Part shown: in pieces, positions 8,301 to 15,759 of the stretch
Position numbering within the stretch: position 1 is the stretch's first letter
How the letters are laid out: each line of letters begins with the position of its first letter
Source: an uncultured Candidatus Peribacteria bacterium
GTDB taxonomy: Bacteria; Patescibacteriota; Gracilibacteria; Peribacterales; Peribacteraceae
DNA length: 62,048 nt
Direction: 5' to 3'
Assembly: GCA_964428205.1 (NCBI GenBank)
Contig: CAYRXE010000002.1
Coordinates: forward strand, 1-62,048
Position numbers and translations under genes: made by a program
The notes under the pieces: generated by a model
What the model was told of the DNA's origin: nothing
The model's input: the letters and a program-made list of their open reading frames with translations, nothing else
Databases searched by the model: none

Positions 8301-10524
8301 GCGACAAGCCCGGCGTGATGTTCATGATCATGCGCGTTTTCCAACCTTGATACAAAGGACCTCCTCCAATAGCCATTCTCTTTAACTTAGCGATCCATGC
8401 AGCATTCAAGGAAAACGCTGCAGAAGTAATGGCACCACCCGTCACGTTGACGCCCCAATCACTCCAGTCGCGTGAGGCAGTCATGTTAAAGGGGTTCATT
8501 CCCAGTGCATCCATGGCCAAATCCACCGGCACCATGAAGTACTTGACGGTGTTTCCAAAGGGATCATCGAAGATGTACAGGAAGTTGCCTACCACCATCG
8601 CGACACCTTTGTTTTCGGTAATCTTTTCTCCGGTTTTTCTTGCCTGCTCCTGGTGCTCACGCACTTTATCGAGAGCATTCGAAAGCCAGTAGTTTACAAA
8701 GTTCTCGCCATGGCGCAGGCGCTCAGATAGGGCTTTGAGCTTGGCACGATCCGTAATGGACGGATGTACGCAGAGATCAAATGCCTCGGGCATATCTTTG
8801 GACTTCCAAGTCACCACTTCTCCTGTGTCATCCACGGTGATGTCGAGTGCAGCAAGGCTGGTTTTTAACCCTCTCAGCTGTGTCGCCGTGGTGTCGCTCT
8901 CGCGGTCATCGGTGCAGCGCGTGCGCAAGTAGGTAATGCGGTATTCCTCCAATGCTTGAATCGCTTTTTCACAAGCATCACCGCGTCCTTCGTTGCGCTT
9001 GTCGGTGCTTGTACGCACGCCACGCAGTTGCATTTCCAAATAGTGATGCAGCGCATCCATGCATGCTTCGTTATTTTGTGCGATCAATTCCTCTGGAGTC
9101 ATGCCTACCATTTCTGGAACAGATTCTGAAATCAATACCACAAGAGTTTCCAAGTGCTTCGTGATCCAAGGAATAACCTGCTCTCCGATTTCACCAATTT
9201 TATTCATCAAATCCTTCAAGCCATTGAGTGCAGAACCTGCGGCATCGCCGACGTCTTTTGCGTCCACTCCCATGAACAACTCACCATTCATGCATGCCTT
9301 AGACAACTGGTGCAGGTTTTCGGGGAGAAGAACGTTGTCCTTTAATTTTTTGAGCCCAATGATGGATCCTCCCAAAAGAAACAGTGATAACAGAGGGTGA
9401 TTGATGCCCCATTTGAGCATGGTTTTTCCAATCTCGGCGGCCTTTTTGGCAATACTGAGAGGGGAGGTGAGGATCGACTGAAGAATGTTCAAACGCGCTG
9501 CAATGATTGCGCCAACAGCGACCTCGAACTTGTGTCGTTCCACCCACTTACCCAATTCAAACAAAGCCGTACCCAAATCATCTTCGTAGTTCTGGAGTGC
9601 CACAGAAGCTTTGACGTAATTCACGCCATTGCGACTGACTTCCACTTTGTACTTCTCCTGCATGTCTTTCATGAATTTCTCAAATTGCGGACTCGTCTCC
9701 CCATCTTTGAGTCCAAAGATAGCCGAGATTTCTTTTCTGCCTCCTTCGCCCTTTGTCTTATATACATGTTCTGCTTTTTCGTAGTCTTCTTTCGAGAGTC
9801 CGTACTCCGCCTCTTTGGAACCCGGCAACATGCCCTTCAATTTGCCTTCAAGACCATTGATCATTTTGGCGTACTTATCGAACTTCATGAGCATCTTGTG
9901 TCCTGCGTACAAACCCAGTGCTGCCAAGCCAATGCCCGGAATCCAGTAGATAAGGCTTCCCCAGCCACTTTTCTTGCCCTGAGCCTGTTCTGTGCCAGAG
10001 CCGGTCATCCATCTCCACAGTTTTCTGCCAAGGTATGCGACACCAATGGCTCCCACAGTGAGGGCAGACACTGTTGCAATCTGCTTACCGGACCACTCGC
10101 GAGCATCCCATGTGTGCGGGAGCCAAGCTTCCGCCTCTGCTGCTTTTGCTGGAGCAGAAGGGGCAGAGGCTTTTTCACCATGAACTTCTTTTTCTTCTTC
10201 CGTACGACGTGTGCGCATCTGTTCAATTTTTTCTTGCAGCTGCTTCATGCGTTCATTGGCTCCACCGCGCAATTGATCCAGAACATCGGTACGTGCCTCT
10301 TCCAAAATATCATGCGTTGCCTTGAGAATGAGATTCTTCTGTTCCTTGGTCTCGTTCTTTAACTCCGTTTTCATTAAATCCAACGCCTGCTCGCAGCGCT
10401 TTACCTGCTCTTCGCGCTGATAGGGGGTCTGCTTTGGTCCACGAATGAGCTCATTCACGCTTTCTTGCCCTTGGGACATGGCATTGCGAAGACTTTGTAC
10501 TTCGATGGCTGCAATGGGCGTCAT
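5368..10524 (-). CDS. Giant (1718 aa) orphan membrane protein: coiled-coil head, TM hairpin, further TM blocks, large C-terminal domain
   Basis: Uninterrupted 5.1-kb ORF. It has a K/E/Q-rich N-terminus, a hydrophobic hairpin near aa 155-212, more hydrophobic blocks near aa 335-400 and 1060-1110, and an A/P/K-rich linker. I recognise no enzymatic motif. Confidence 0.85.
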   Translation of the reverse strand: MTPIAAIEVQSLRNAMSQGQESVNELIRGPKQTPYQREEQVKRCEQALDLMKTELKNETKEQKNLILKATHDILEEARTDVLDQLRGGANERMKQLQEKIEQMRTRRTEEEKEVHGEKASAPSAPAKAAEAEAWLPHTWDAREWSGKQIATVSALTVGAIGVAYLGRKLWRWMTGSGTEQAQGKKSGWGSLIYWIPGIGLAALGLYAGHKMLMKFDKYAKMINGLEGKLKGMLPGSKEAEYGLSKEDYEKAEHVYKTKGEGGRKEISAIFGLKDGETSPQFEKFMKDMQEKYKVEVSRNGVNYVKASVALQNYEDDLGTALFELGKWVERHKFEVAVGAIIAARLNILQSILTSPLSIAKKAAEIGKTMLKWGINHPLLSLFLLGGSIIGLKKLKDNVLLPENLHQLSKACMNGELFMGVDAKDVGDAAGSALNGLKDLMNKIGEIGEQVIPWITKHLETLVVLISESVPEMVGMTPEELIAQNNEACMDALHHYLEMQLRGVRTSTDKRNEGRGDACEKAIQALEEYRITYLRTRCTDDRESDTTATQLRGLKTSLAALDITVDDTGEVVTWKSKDMPEAFDLCVHPSITDRAKLKALSERLRHGENFVNYWLSNALDKVREHQEQARKTGEKITENKGVAMVVGNFLYIFDDPFGNTVKYFMVPVDLAMDALGMNPFNMTASRDWSDWGVNVTGGAITSAAFSLNAAWIAKLKRMAIGGGPLYQGWKTRMIMNITPGLSQINMVRGMVKTAHDVKIIKMFGFLEGRRINNALAHANIRPEIIGIIETGSDADLMKVANEIGASLRNETDLVTKRTQLREFVQRKMRVKELRLKEVPGKLRTAKFWKWADAFKGKEIAYQDELYKMLMVKFAKAEDLMKVGHSATELLAAGAEMDDLLHATTHLDEAARTAACKELRSLGATADDFLKAGKDSAAWKAAGGAADDFTKAEKAAAGAAAKSAPKAPPPANPGAKAPAGTPAKAAAEGVEGTKALNSKLLALGPNADDAKILQVLREGGATEKMITKLQSSPEGLKLFKGAIATGQEAEVGKVMGMANKASKAVVALRMLGVGADVFAAYMAYQDLMDNELKIDHVKKTGNKELQKLYETTRIIHGTNLGVNTVAVVVGTLAFVSGVAATASVVLIPVALAISVGVEGWKQVEAIATDVYGTYKEYLNQTPANILVQLRQKSESDPRSFGSALYSMASWSDASEIGRQSGDSQIRELCKAYLVQTARLNPGMGESKENFKKRFDIYLLDAMKYVGRSGETSVDEHVFAKARIFADLCAKGRQAQSLGEEYDINGYKLSDFGDHPEDEGRAAVDERWKKKQAVVEQQFNNRHQELADGINFVKSSVEPRKELTAKTRIREMLLLSVEDDVNFLRRRLEETDYDKIGPGDSLHKRTAIVMASDMLRTELRNQSEALFKQPGSIRYEDVLAAQTRIRSILHTEPIKFQNDGIRLGIREKLIQRTELEGKGAYLAVIPEHGSEGFEQLEMSWLLDNPLPYKYEKRPLEQNEQISMGTKLMELKGGVLQPDGSYLFQGEGESMSVKLNGSVWAWSDTKSNTWQPAGVGLYENKHSSLSPARQAQRTEWNRIGLILKTINEKHEAAFWMIEKEVRNADAKTGTTIDQPLDVQLWNTKTSTPLMRRSQEFYFRLPFPSMKWQCVYADGRKSEVLSLNQTKQHLGEGSITDPGAVKIRFWLPSNPQNVYEVPIQNAA

Positions 10525-10530
10525 AAGGGT

Positions 10531-10749
10531 TTAGAGGGGCTTATTAAAGAGTCCACGAACGAGGTGATACGCGCTTTTTCCAATGCCATGAATGGAACGA
10601 CCTACGACATTGCTCGTAACCGCACCTGCTTCCACTGCTCCGCTCATGAGGCCATTCACTGCCCAGCGCAAACGAGACTGCCTGGAGCCAATGGCACCAG
10701 ATTCTGGAGCGAATTCCTGAGCCTCTGAATGCTTGAGTGTTTCTGACAT
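10531..10749 (-). CDS. Small (72 aa) hypothetical protein within the orphan operon
   Basis: ATG start. It lies 9 nt after the upstream stop and 6 nt before the giant gene. Gly/Ala/Val-rich middle segment (AVNGLMSGAVEAGAVTSNVVG). Confidence 0.55.
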   Translation of the reverse strand: MSETLKHSEAQEFAPESGAIGSRQSRLRWAVNGLMSGAVEAGAVTSNVVGRSIHGIGKSAYHLVRGLFNKPL

Positions 10750-10758
10750 GCGCAGGGA

Positions 10759-12063
10759 TTAGGAAGCGGTTTTTACTTCTTCGAATACATAATCAAGAGA
10801 TGCCTTTTTAGGCTTTGCACCTTTCGCATCAAGGTCGCTCCAGACTTCCAAGTTACCTTGCGAGCGATTGCCGTCTTTCTTTGCCCTGATGAAACTTGCG
10901 GCAAGTTGTTCCTGGTCAATAAACCCGTTGCCAACCATTGGACCAATTCCTCCTTCCAATTTGAGCATAGGCCCGCGCAATGCACCGCCCTCGTAGGTCG
11001 TTGCTTTTTGTAGAACCGAGAAGAGATCAGCCTCTGCGTATTCTCCCTTTGCATCGAGTTTCACTTGATCAGGGTATGCAGTAGCAATGCCTTTCGCTGT
11101 CGCCTTTTTAAGCATGGTATCGAGCTTTACCGAACCCTTGATAGAGTATGGCTTTCCATCAATGACGATGTGCTTCTTCTCTTTAGAGAACTGCACATTC
11201 ACACTCTCTACTCCAAAATAAAATTTCACGGGTGTGGTGAGGTGGAGCAAATTTGTGTTTTTAATTCGTTCGTCGTGGAAATCCACCGAGCTAAGCTTAT
11301 CCATCTTGAGACGCTCTTCTACTGTTTTAGCACCTGCCTTATCTGCCTTATCTTTCTCATCAGCCTCAGTTTTTGCCTGGGCTTCTTTATGTTTGTAGTA
11401 CTTATATCCTCCATAGGTCGCCAAACCCGCAACGATTGCTCCCCATGCCAATTTGCTGCCGTTTGCCAGTTTGTCCCACAGCCATGAAACAGCTTTGTAG
11501 GTAAGGTAACCGGCTGCGAGGAGGCCTGTGCCCACGAGGATCTTGCCGCCGGTGCCGCCGTTTTCCCACATATCTTTCATGCGGTCTCTCACGGCAGGGA
11601 TGGTGCCTTTTTCTTTCGCTTCTTCGAGGAATCCTTCGACACGCTTTTTACCTTCTTGGTAGACCTCGGTTTTTTCGACCTTCTTCACAATTGCTTTTCC
11701 TTCCTCGTAGCCGCGCTGTAATGCCTCATTGCCAGCGTCGACCGTAGTTTCGGTCGCGGGTTTGAGAATATCGGGCATGACTTCCGCAGCTTTCTTTCCT
11801 GAATCCGTTGGGAGCAGAGGCTCTTCGATTTTGTGTTCCTCCAGAGTGGTTTCAAGATCGGTCAGAGCTTCTTTCGTATCCTGCTGCTTTTGCTCTTTGA
11901 GGTGCTTTTTTACAGAGGAACGCAGGGTGCGCAATTCGTCACGGTTCTTGAGCTTCATCTGTGGTACATGCTCTTTGACCGCTTTCGCAGCATCGCGGAT
12001 CTTGTTGGGATCCGTTTCGTTGCCCGTAAGTGTTTTAAGATGTTCGCTCATAGAGTGAGACAT
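10759..12063 (-). CDS. Orphan coiled-coil / TM-hairpin protein (434 aa)
   Basis: Charged helical N-terminal 160 aa, then the hairpin GGKILVGTGLLAAGYLTYKAVSWLWDKLANGSKLAWGAIVAGLATYGGYKYY, then a roughly 190-aa C-terminal domain. The architecture parallels the giant protein. Confidence 0.8.
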   Translation of the reverse strand: MSHSMSEHLKTLTGNETDPNKIRDAAKAVKEHVPQMKLKNRDELRTLRSSVKKHLKEQKQQDTKEALTDLETTLEEHKIEEPLLPTDSGKKAAEVMPDILKPATETTVDAGNEALQRGYEEGKAIVKKVEKTEVYQEGKKRVEGFLEEAKEKGTIPAVRDRMKDMWENGGTGGKILVGTGLLAAGYLTYKAVSWLWDKLANGSKLAWGAIVAGLATYGGYKYYKHKEAQAKTEADEKDKADKAGAKTVEERLKMDKLSSVDFHDERIKNTNLLHLTTPVKFYFGVESVNVQFSKEKKHIVIDGKPYSIKGSVKLDTMLKKATAKGIATAYPDQVKLDAKGEYAEADLFSVLQKATTYEGGALRGPMLKLEGGIGPMVGNGFIDQEQLAASFIRAKKDGNRSQGNLEVWSDLDAKGAKPKKASLDYVFEEVKTAS

Positions 12064-12083
12064 ACGAAATATGAAAGAAATAC

Positions 12084-12884
12084 TTAGGCTTTTGGTTTGA
12101 GAACCTGTGTTCCCACAAGTGCGTAGAGGTTAATTTCTGCAGGCTTCGTTTCATCTACTTTCTTCAGCTCTTCGGCATTTTTAGGATGCTCGATAAACGC
12201 AGCTGCTTTATCGATCGCATACTCAGCTAATGTCTTTTTGCTCTTCGATGACTTCCATTCGTCGTACAGTTTTTGTACGGCATCATCATCATTTTGCTTT
12301 CCCTTACCTTCTGCGAGTTTGAGAGTCTTTGGGAGAGTAGCTTTTACCTTCTTGCGAATGTCAGTTTTTGCAAAATATTCCATGTACAAGTTATCGGCGA
12401 TTTCGGAATGTTCCGAAGCGTCCTTGTAGCCAAGTAGCTTTAAAATGCCTCCTTTGGCCTTTCCAAAGAAACTTACAATTGCCCCCATACCTCCTGCAAG
12501 AGTTTCATTTTCGAGGATGCTCGTCAGAAATCCTTTCTTTTTCGCATCCGCGGCGAGCTCTTCAGCACTTTTATTTTCTGGATTATAGGCACTCTCAACA
12601 GGTGCAGCAGGAGCGGCTGGCGTCGTTTTTTCTACCACATCGATATGTGTATCAAGCTCTTCCAGAGCTTTTGCGACTTCCGTTTTTACCTCGTTCGTTC
12701 CTTCTAGCTTTTTGAGCGTGAGGGTGTGTGTCTTACGGTAGGTGTCGATTTTACCTTTGAGTTCCTTGCGACCCTCAGAAGAGCGCTCATGCACCTTCTT
12801 TTTCGCGGCTTCCTTGTGCTCATGTTGCACATCCGCGTCGGAGAGACGTTCGCCTTTATCGAGCTTCTCAATCAGGTGCGACAT
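12084..12884 (-). CDS. Orphan charged/coiled-coil protein (266 aa), first gene of the operon
   Basis: It starts MSH.. like the next gene. K/E-rich head, a PAAPAAP linker, and the amphipathic Gly-rich segment LAGGMGAIVSFFGKAKGGILKLLGY. Confidence 0.75.
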   Translation of the reverse strand: MSHLIEKLDKGERLSDADVQHEHKEAAKKKVHERSSEGRKELKGKIDTYRKTHTLTLKKLEGTNEVKTEVAKALEELDTHIDVVEKTTPAAPAAPVESAYNPENKSAEELAADAKKKGFLTSILENETLAGGMGAIVSFFGKAKGGILKLLGYKDASEHSEIADNLYMEYFAKTDIRKKVKATLPKTLKLAEGKGKQNDDDAVQKLYDEWKSSKSKKTLAEYAIDKAAAFIEHPKNAEELKKVDETKPAEINLYALVGTQVLKPKA

Positions 12885-12996
12885 ATGGTTGTTGGTATGG
12901 ACCCTTCAAATATTGAAAGGTTTCTCCTTATTATAGCAGTTTTGCCCTTCTCCTTCAATCGCGGTAGGCTCAAGCCGTTTTCCCACTTCATACACT

Positions 12997-13353
12997 ATGA
13001 ACATCCAGCACTTCGAGAAAGGACTCCACTACTCAGACCAGGAGTTTTTGGCTATTGCTCGCAAATTGGGCAAGTTGGCCACCTACTGTAAGCGTGCCAA
13101 GGACGAGGCTTCATTCATTCGCATCGAATCCGAGCGCCGCGATACCAAGAAGGACAATGACCAGGTGCAGGTCGCTATCACGGTCGAATTGCCTCATAAA
13201 ATCCTGCGTGCAGAGTCGCTCAAGCGCCAGGTGCTCGAAGCTGTGGATCGCTGTGTCGACAAGTTGGAGCCTCAGCTCATCAAGTACAAAGAGCTGCACA
13301 TGAACAAAGCTCGCGCTCGCAAGCGCAAGGGGAGTAAGCCTTGGGCAAACTAA
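12997..13353 (+). CDS. hpf: Ribosome hibernation promoting factor / RaiA family (short HPF)
   Basis: 118 aa. The pattern VQVAITVELPHKILRAESLKRQVLEAVDRCVDKLEPQLIKYKE is typical of the sigma-54 modulation/S30EA family. Confidence 0.8.
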   Translation: MNIQHFEKGLHYSDQEFLAIARKLGKLATYCKRAKDEASFIRIESERRDTKKDNDQVQVAITVELPHKILRAESLKRQVLEAVDRCVDKLEPQLIKYKELHMNKARARKRKGSKPWAN

Positions 13354-13372
13354 TCACGCACAAAAAGATCTG

Positions 13373-13398
13373 AGCGACGTTCATCCGTGATCGTCGCT
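13373..13398. terminator. Hairpin between convergent hpf and rplY
   Basis: AGCGACG-12 nt-CGTCGCT, with an A-run before it and a T-rich stretch after it. It overlaps the rplY stop codon. Confidence 0.3.
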
Positions 13399-14075
13399 TA
13401 TTTCTTGTCTTCGGCCTTCGCGTCTGCAGCTGGAGCAGCAGCACCCTCGGCACCTGGAGCGGCAGCAGCACCCTCGGCAGTAGCAGCACCTTCTGCAGGA
13501 GCAGCAGCGACCACAACTTCTTCCTTACGAGGCTCCTGAACCGTAGCGAGTACGGAGTCAGCGTCGTCCAAGATAGCCACGCCCTTAGGCAACTGGATGT
13601 CCTTTACGTGCACCGTATCGCCAAATTGAACAAGACTTACAATAGACACTTCGAGCTGGTGTGGGAGGTCGGATGGCAAACACTTCACGGTAACTTCGGA
13701 GAGTGGCGTGAGGAGGATTGCGCTCAAGTCTTTGACTGCTGGAGATTCACCTGTGAGCGTGACTGGTACCTTCGTTTCGATTTCTTCCTTCATGTTCACA
13801 GCGTAGAAGTCGACGTGGACAGGATCGCTGGAGACAGGATCGAACGTGATGTCCTTAAAGAGGACCGGCACCTTCTTGCTGTTCATATCGAGCTCGACGA
13901 GCGTGCTTTCACCTGCGCGCACGAATGCCTTGTACAAAGCCTGGAGATCACACTGGATAGGTGTGCTCTTTGTTTCGTGTCCATACACCACGCACGGCAC
14001 TTTGCCGGAGCGGCGAAGGACCTTCGCAGCAACCGAAAGGTCGCGGGCCTGTGCTGAAAGAGGCACCATGTTCAT
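13398..14075 (-). CDS. rplY: 50S ribosomal protein L25 / general stress protein Ctc with Ala/Glu/Gly-rich tail
   Basis: RRSGKVPCVVYGHETKSTPIQCD...VDFYAVNMKEEIETKVPVTLTGESPAVKD matches the two-domain Ctc form. The C-terminal tail is PAEGAATAEGAAAAPGAEGAAAPAADAKAEDKK. Confidence 0.9.
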   Translation of the reverse strand: MNMVPLSAQARDLSVAAKVLRRSGKVPCVVYGHETKSTPIQCDLQALYKAFVRAGESTLVELDMNSKKVPVLFKDITFDPVSSDPVHVDFYAVNMKEEIETKVPVTLTGESPAVKDLSAILLTPLSEVTVKCLPSDLPHQLEVSIVSLVQFGDTVHVKDIQLPKGVAILDDADSVLATVQEPRKEEVVVAAAPAEGAATAEGAAAAPGAEGAAAPAADAKAEDKK

Positions 14076-14109
14076 GAGGCCGGTAGGTTAAAGGATTGCT
14101 GGAATGCCG

Positions 14110-14919
14110 TCAACGACCTTTTACAGCGCCTTTTGCAGTCCCAAGGCCCCATTTTGCGAAGTATTTTACCCCGCTGATCAGGTGAATCCTGGCGGTTTTC
14201 TTGTTCAAAAGGCTCAATACGCCACCTTGGCTCAGGCGCTCCCGACGGTCCTTGGCCGTGACTGCAGGCCAGTACACGACGCGCTTTCCGGCTGCCCAAA
14301 TGCGCCTACACAGGTCCGTATCTTCGAAGAAGAGGAAGAACCTAGGGTCGAATCCATTCAAGCTCTGGAAGAAGTCTTTGCGCATTACAAAACACGCACC
14401 GGCAATCCAATCCACATTAACCGGGTCCGTACTTCCACTGATGTATGTCTCTGGCATGTGACTCCAGTGACCCAGGAAGGTGCGCTTACGCAGAATGTCC
14501 AACACGGTAGGGAAGCGACGGGCAGAGTCGCGCACGGTGCCATCGGGGTAGACGAGTCGTGGAGCGATGAGTCCGATCGTTGGGTCTTCCTTCATCTTCT
14601 GGATCATCCGTTCGAGTCCGTTTTCTTCCAGACGGTTATCGGGATTGATCACCATTACGAATTCTCCTTCTGCACGATCAATTGCGTACACATTGCCTTG
14701 GCCGTAGCCCAAGTTTGCGTTCGTCTCGATCAACTTCACGCCCTCAGTATCGCGAAAGCGATTACGCAAGTACTGCATCGACTCATCATCAGAGTGATTA
14801 TCGATCAGCAAAATTTCCAGGTCCTTTGCGATCGTCTGACTCTGCAAAGCCTCGACACACTTAATACTGTCTCGGTAACTTTTGAAATTGAGGACGATGG
14901 CGGAGGCGAGTGCGACCAT
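14110..14919 (-). CDS. Family 2 glycosyltransferase
   Basis: 269 aa with GT-A motifs: ILLIDNHSDDES, VMVINPD and FFLFFEDTDLCRR. Confidence 0.9.
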   Translation of the reverse strand: MVALASAIVLNFKSYRDSIKCVEALQSQTIAKDLEILLIDNHSDDESMQYLRNRFRDTEGVKLIETNANLGYGQGNVYAIDRAEGEFVMVINPDNRLEENGLERMIQKMKEDPTIGLIAPRLVYPDGTVRDSARRFPTVLDILRKRTFLGHWSHMPETYISGSTDPVNVDWIAGACFVMRKDFFQSLNGFDPRFFLFFEDTDLCRRIWAAGKRVVYWPAVTAKDRRERLSQGGVLSLLNKKTARIHLISGVKYFAKWGLGTAKGAVKGR

Positions 14920-15057
14920 GCAGGTAGCTTAGGACAACTGGAGAAAAATGGCGTCAATTCCACTTGTCTTTTGCACTCTGACACGGAAGAATCCGCCAAT
15001 CCTACAGCCCTGCTGTGGGGTTTGTGGTCTTTCATTTCTCTTCAAAAGGAGTTGGAG

Positions 15058-15357
15058 GTGTTCTTTAGACGCCACAACGTCAGCGTCGGTCCTGTCCGTC
15101 TTAAAGGCATGGAGTCCGATGTAGTCCTGACTTTCAGTTTCCGCGCCGAGTCTCCGGATAGGCTTCACCTGACTGCGAGATGTTCGTCGGGAGATGTGCC
15201 TTTCGGAGGACATAACTATCCTCCCGATGGATGGCTTGGTCTTCTGATCAACGTCACCAACGAGTTCTGCAGGCAGAATGAGTTGCCACTCGTTCGGGCC
15301 ATCGCCTGGCCCGATGGGCCTGTCGCCATTCTGCATCACCGACCGCTTCCTACATAA
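15058..15357 (+). CDS. Possible orphan 99-aa protein (alternatively a structured RNA locus)
   Basis: AAGGAG (15046-15051), 6-nt spacer, then GTG at 15058. The frame ends 20 nt before a strong + strand terminator. The translation has beta-like alternation (VVLTFSF, LHLTARC, LLINVTNEF, LVRAIAW). A competing antisense frame exists and I recognise no family. Confidence 0.3.
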   Translation: MFFRRHNVSVGPVRLKGMESDVVLTFSFRAESPDRLHLTARCSSGDVPFGGHNYPPDGWLGLLINVTNEFCRQNELPLVRAIAWPDGPVAILHHRPLPT

Positions 15358-15377
15358 AGGAAGAGATCGGCCACAAC

Positions 15378-15406
15378 GCCGCGTACCAGTGGTACGCGGC
15401 TTTTTT
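15378..15406 (+). terminator. Rho-independent terminator
   Basis: GCCGCGTACC-AGT-GGTACGCGGC (perfect 10-bp stem) followed by TTTTTT. Confidence 0.7.
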
Positions 15407-15480
15407 ATGCTATTATTCAAAACCTTGTTCGCAATTACGCCAGCAAGGATTGTCCCTTCAGTGCATTGATAGGAGGACGT

Positions 15481-15657
15481 ATGTCTCAAGGATCTGCTAG
15501 CAATGGAGGAGTGAACCCCATTGCATTCATTGTTGGAGTGTTCTTGTTGCTTGGCTTCATCAATTGGTCTGCGCATCGTGATGACCCGGACAAGCAACCC
15601 ACGGAGCCCGTTCCTACTGTGGTCGAACCACAGGAGTCCAAACCGCCGGCCGCCTAG
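15481..15657 (+). CDS. Small (58 aa) single-TM protein
   Basis: AGGAGG at 15471-15476, 4 nt before ATG 15481. TM segment IAFIVGVFLLLGFINW. A terminator follows directly. Confidence 0.6.
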   Translation: MSQGSASNGGVNPIAFIVGVFLLLGFINWSAHRDDPDKQPTEPVPTVVEPQESKPPAA

Positions 15658-15677
15658 GCCACCGCACTGATGCAAGG

Positions 15678-15701
15678 CCCCTTCATACGAAGGGGTTTTT
15701 T
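15678..15701 (+). terminator. Rho-independent terminator (shared with convergent hppA)
   Basis: CCCCTTC-ATAC-GAAGGGG followed by TTTTTT. Confidence 0.65.
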
Positions 15702-15759
15702 CGAGCATACCAAAAACGGAGAGCCGAAGCCCTCCGCTAAAGGTTTTGAATGACTGTGA

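Noticed and set aside
7028-10362. 283-aa and 321-aa + strand ORFs (7028..7879 and 9397..10362)
   Set aside because: They are antisense to the uninterrupted 1718-aa gene. Their translations are low-complexity Ala/Ser/Pro or Phe/Leu-rich shadows.
15100-15140. GAAAGTCAGGAC on the minus strand, resembling the RNase P RNA P4 motif GGAAAGUCCGGGC
   Set aside because: I found no complementary P4 3' strand (ACAGAA.CCGGCUUA type) and no other conserved RNase P regions downstream. The available length is also too short.
14104-15357. 417-aa + strand ORF, and the 259-aa - strand ORF 14929..15708
   Set aside because: Most of the + ORF is antisense to a well-supported GT2 gene. The upstream half of the - ORF is antisense to a small gene that has a strong SD and a terminator. 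Only the 14.92-15.36 kb part remains ambiguous; see the finding for that locus.
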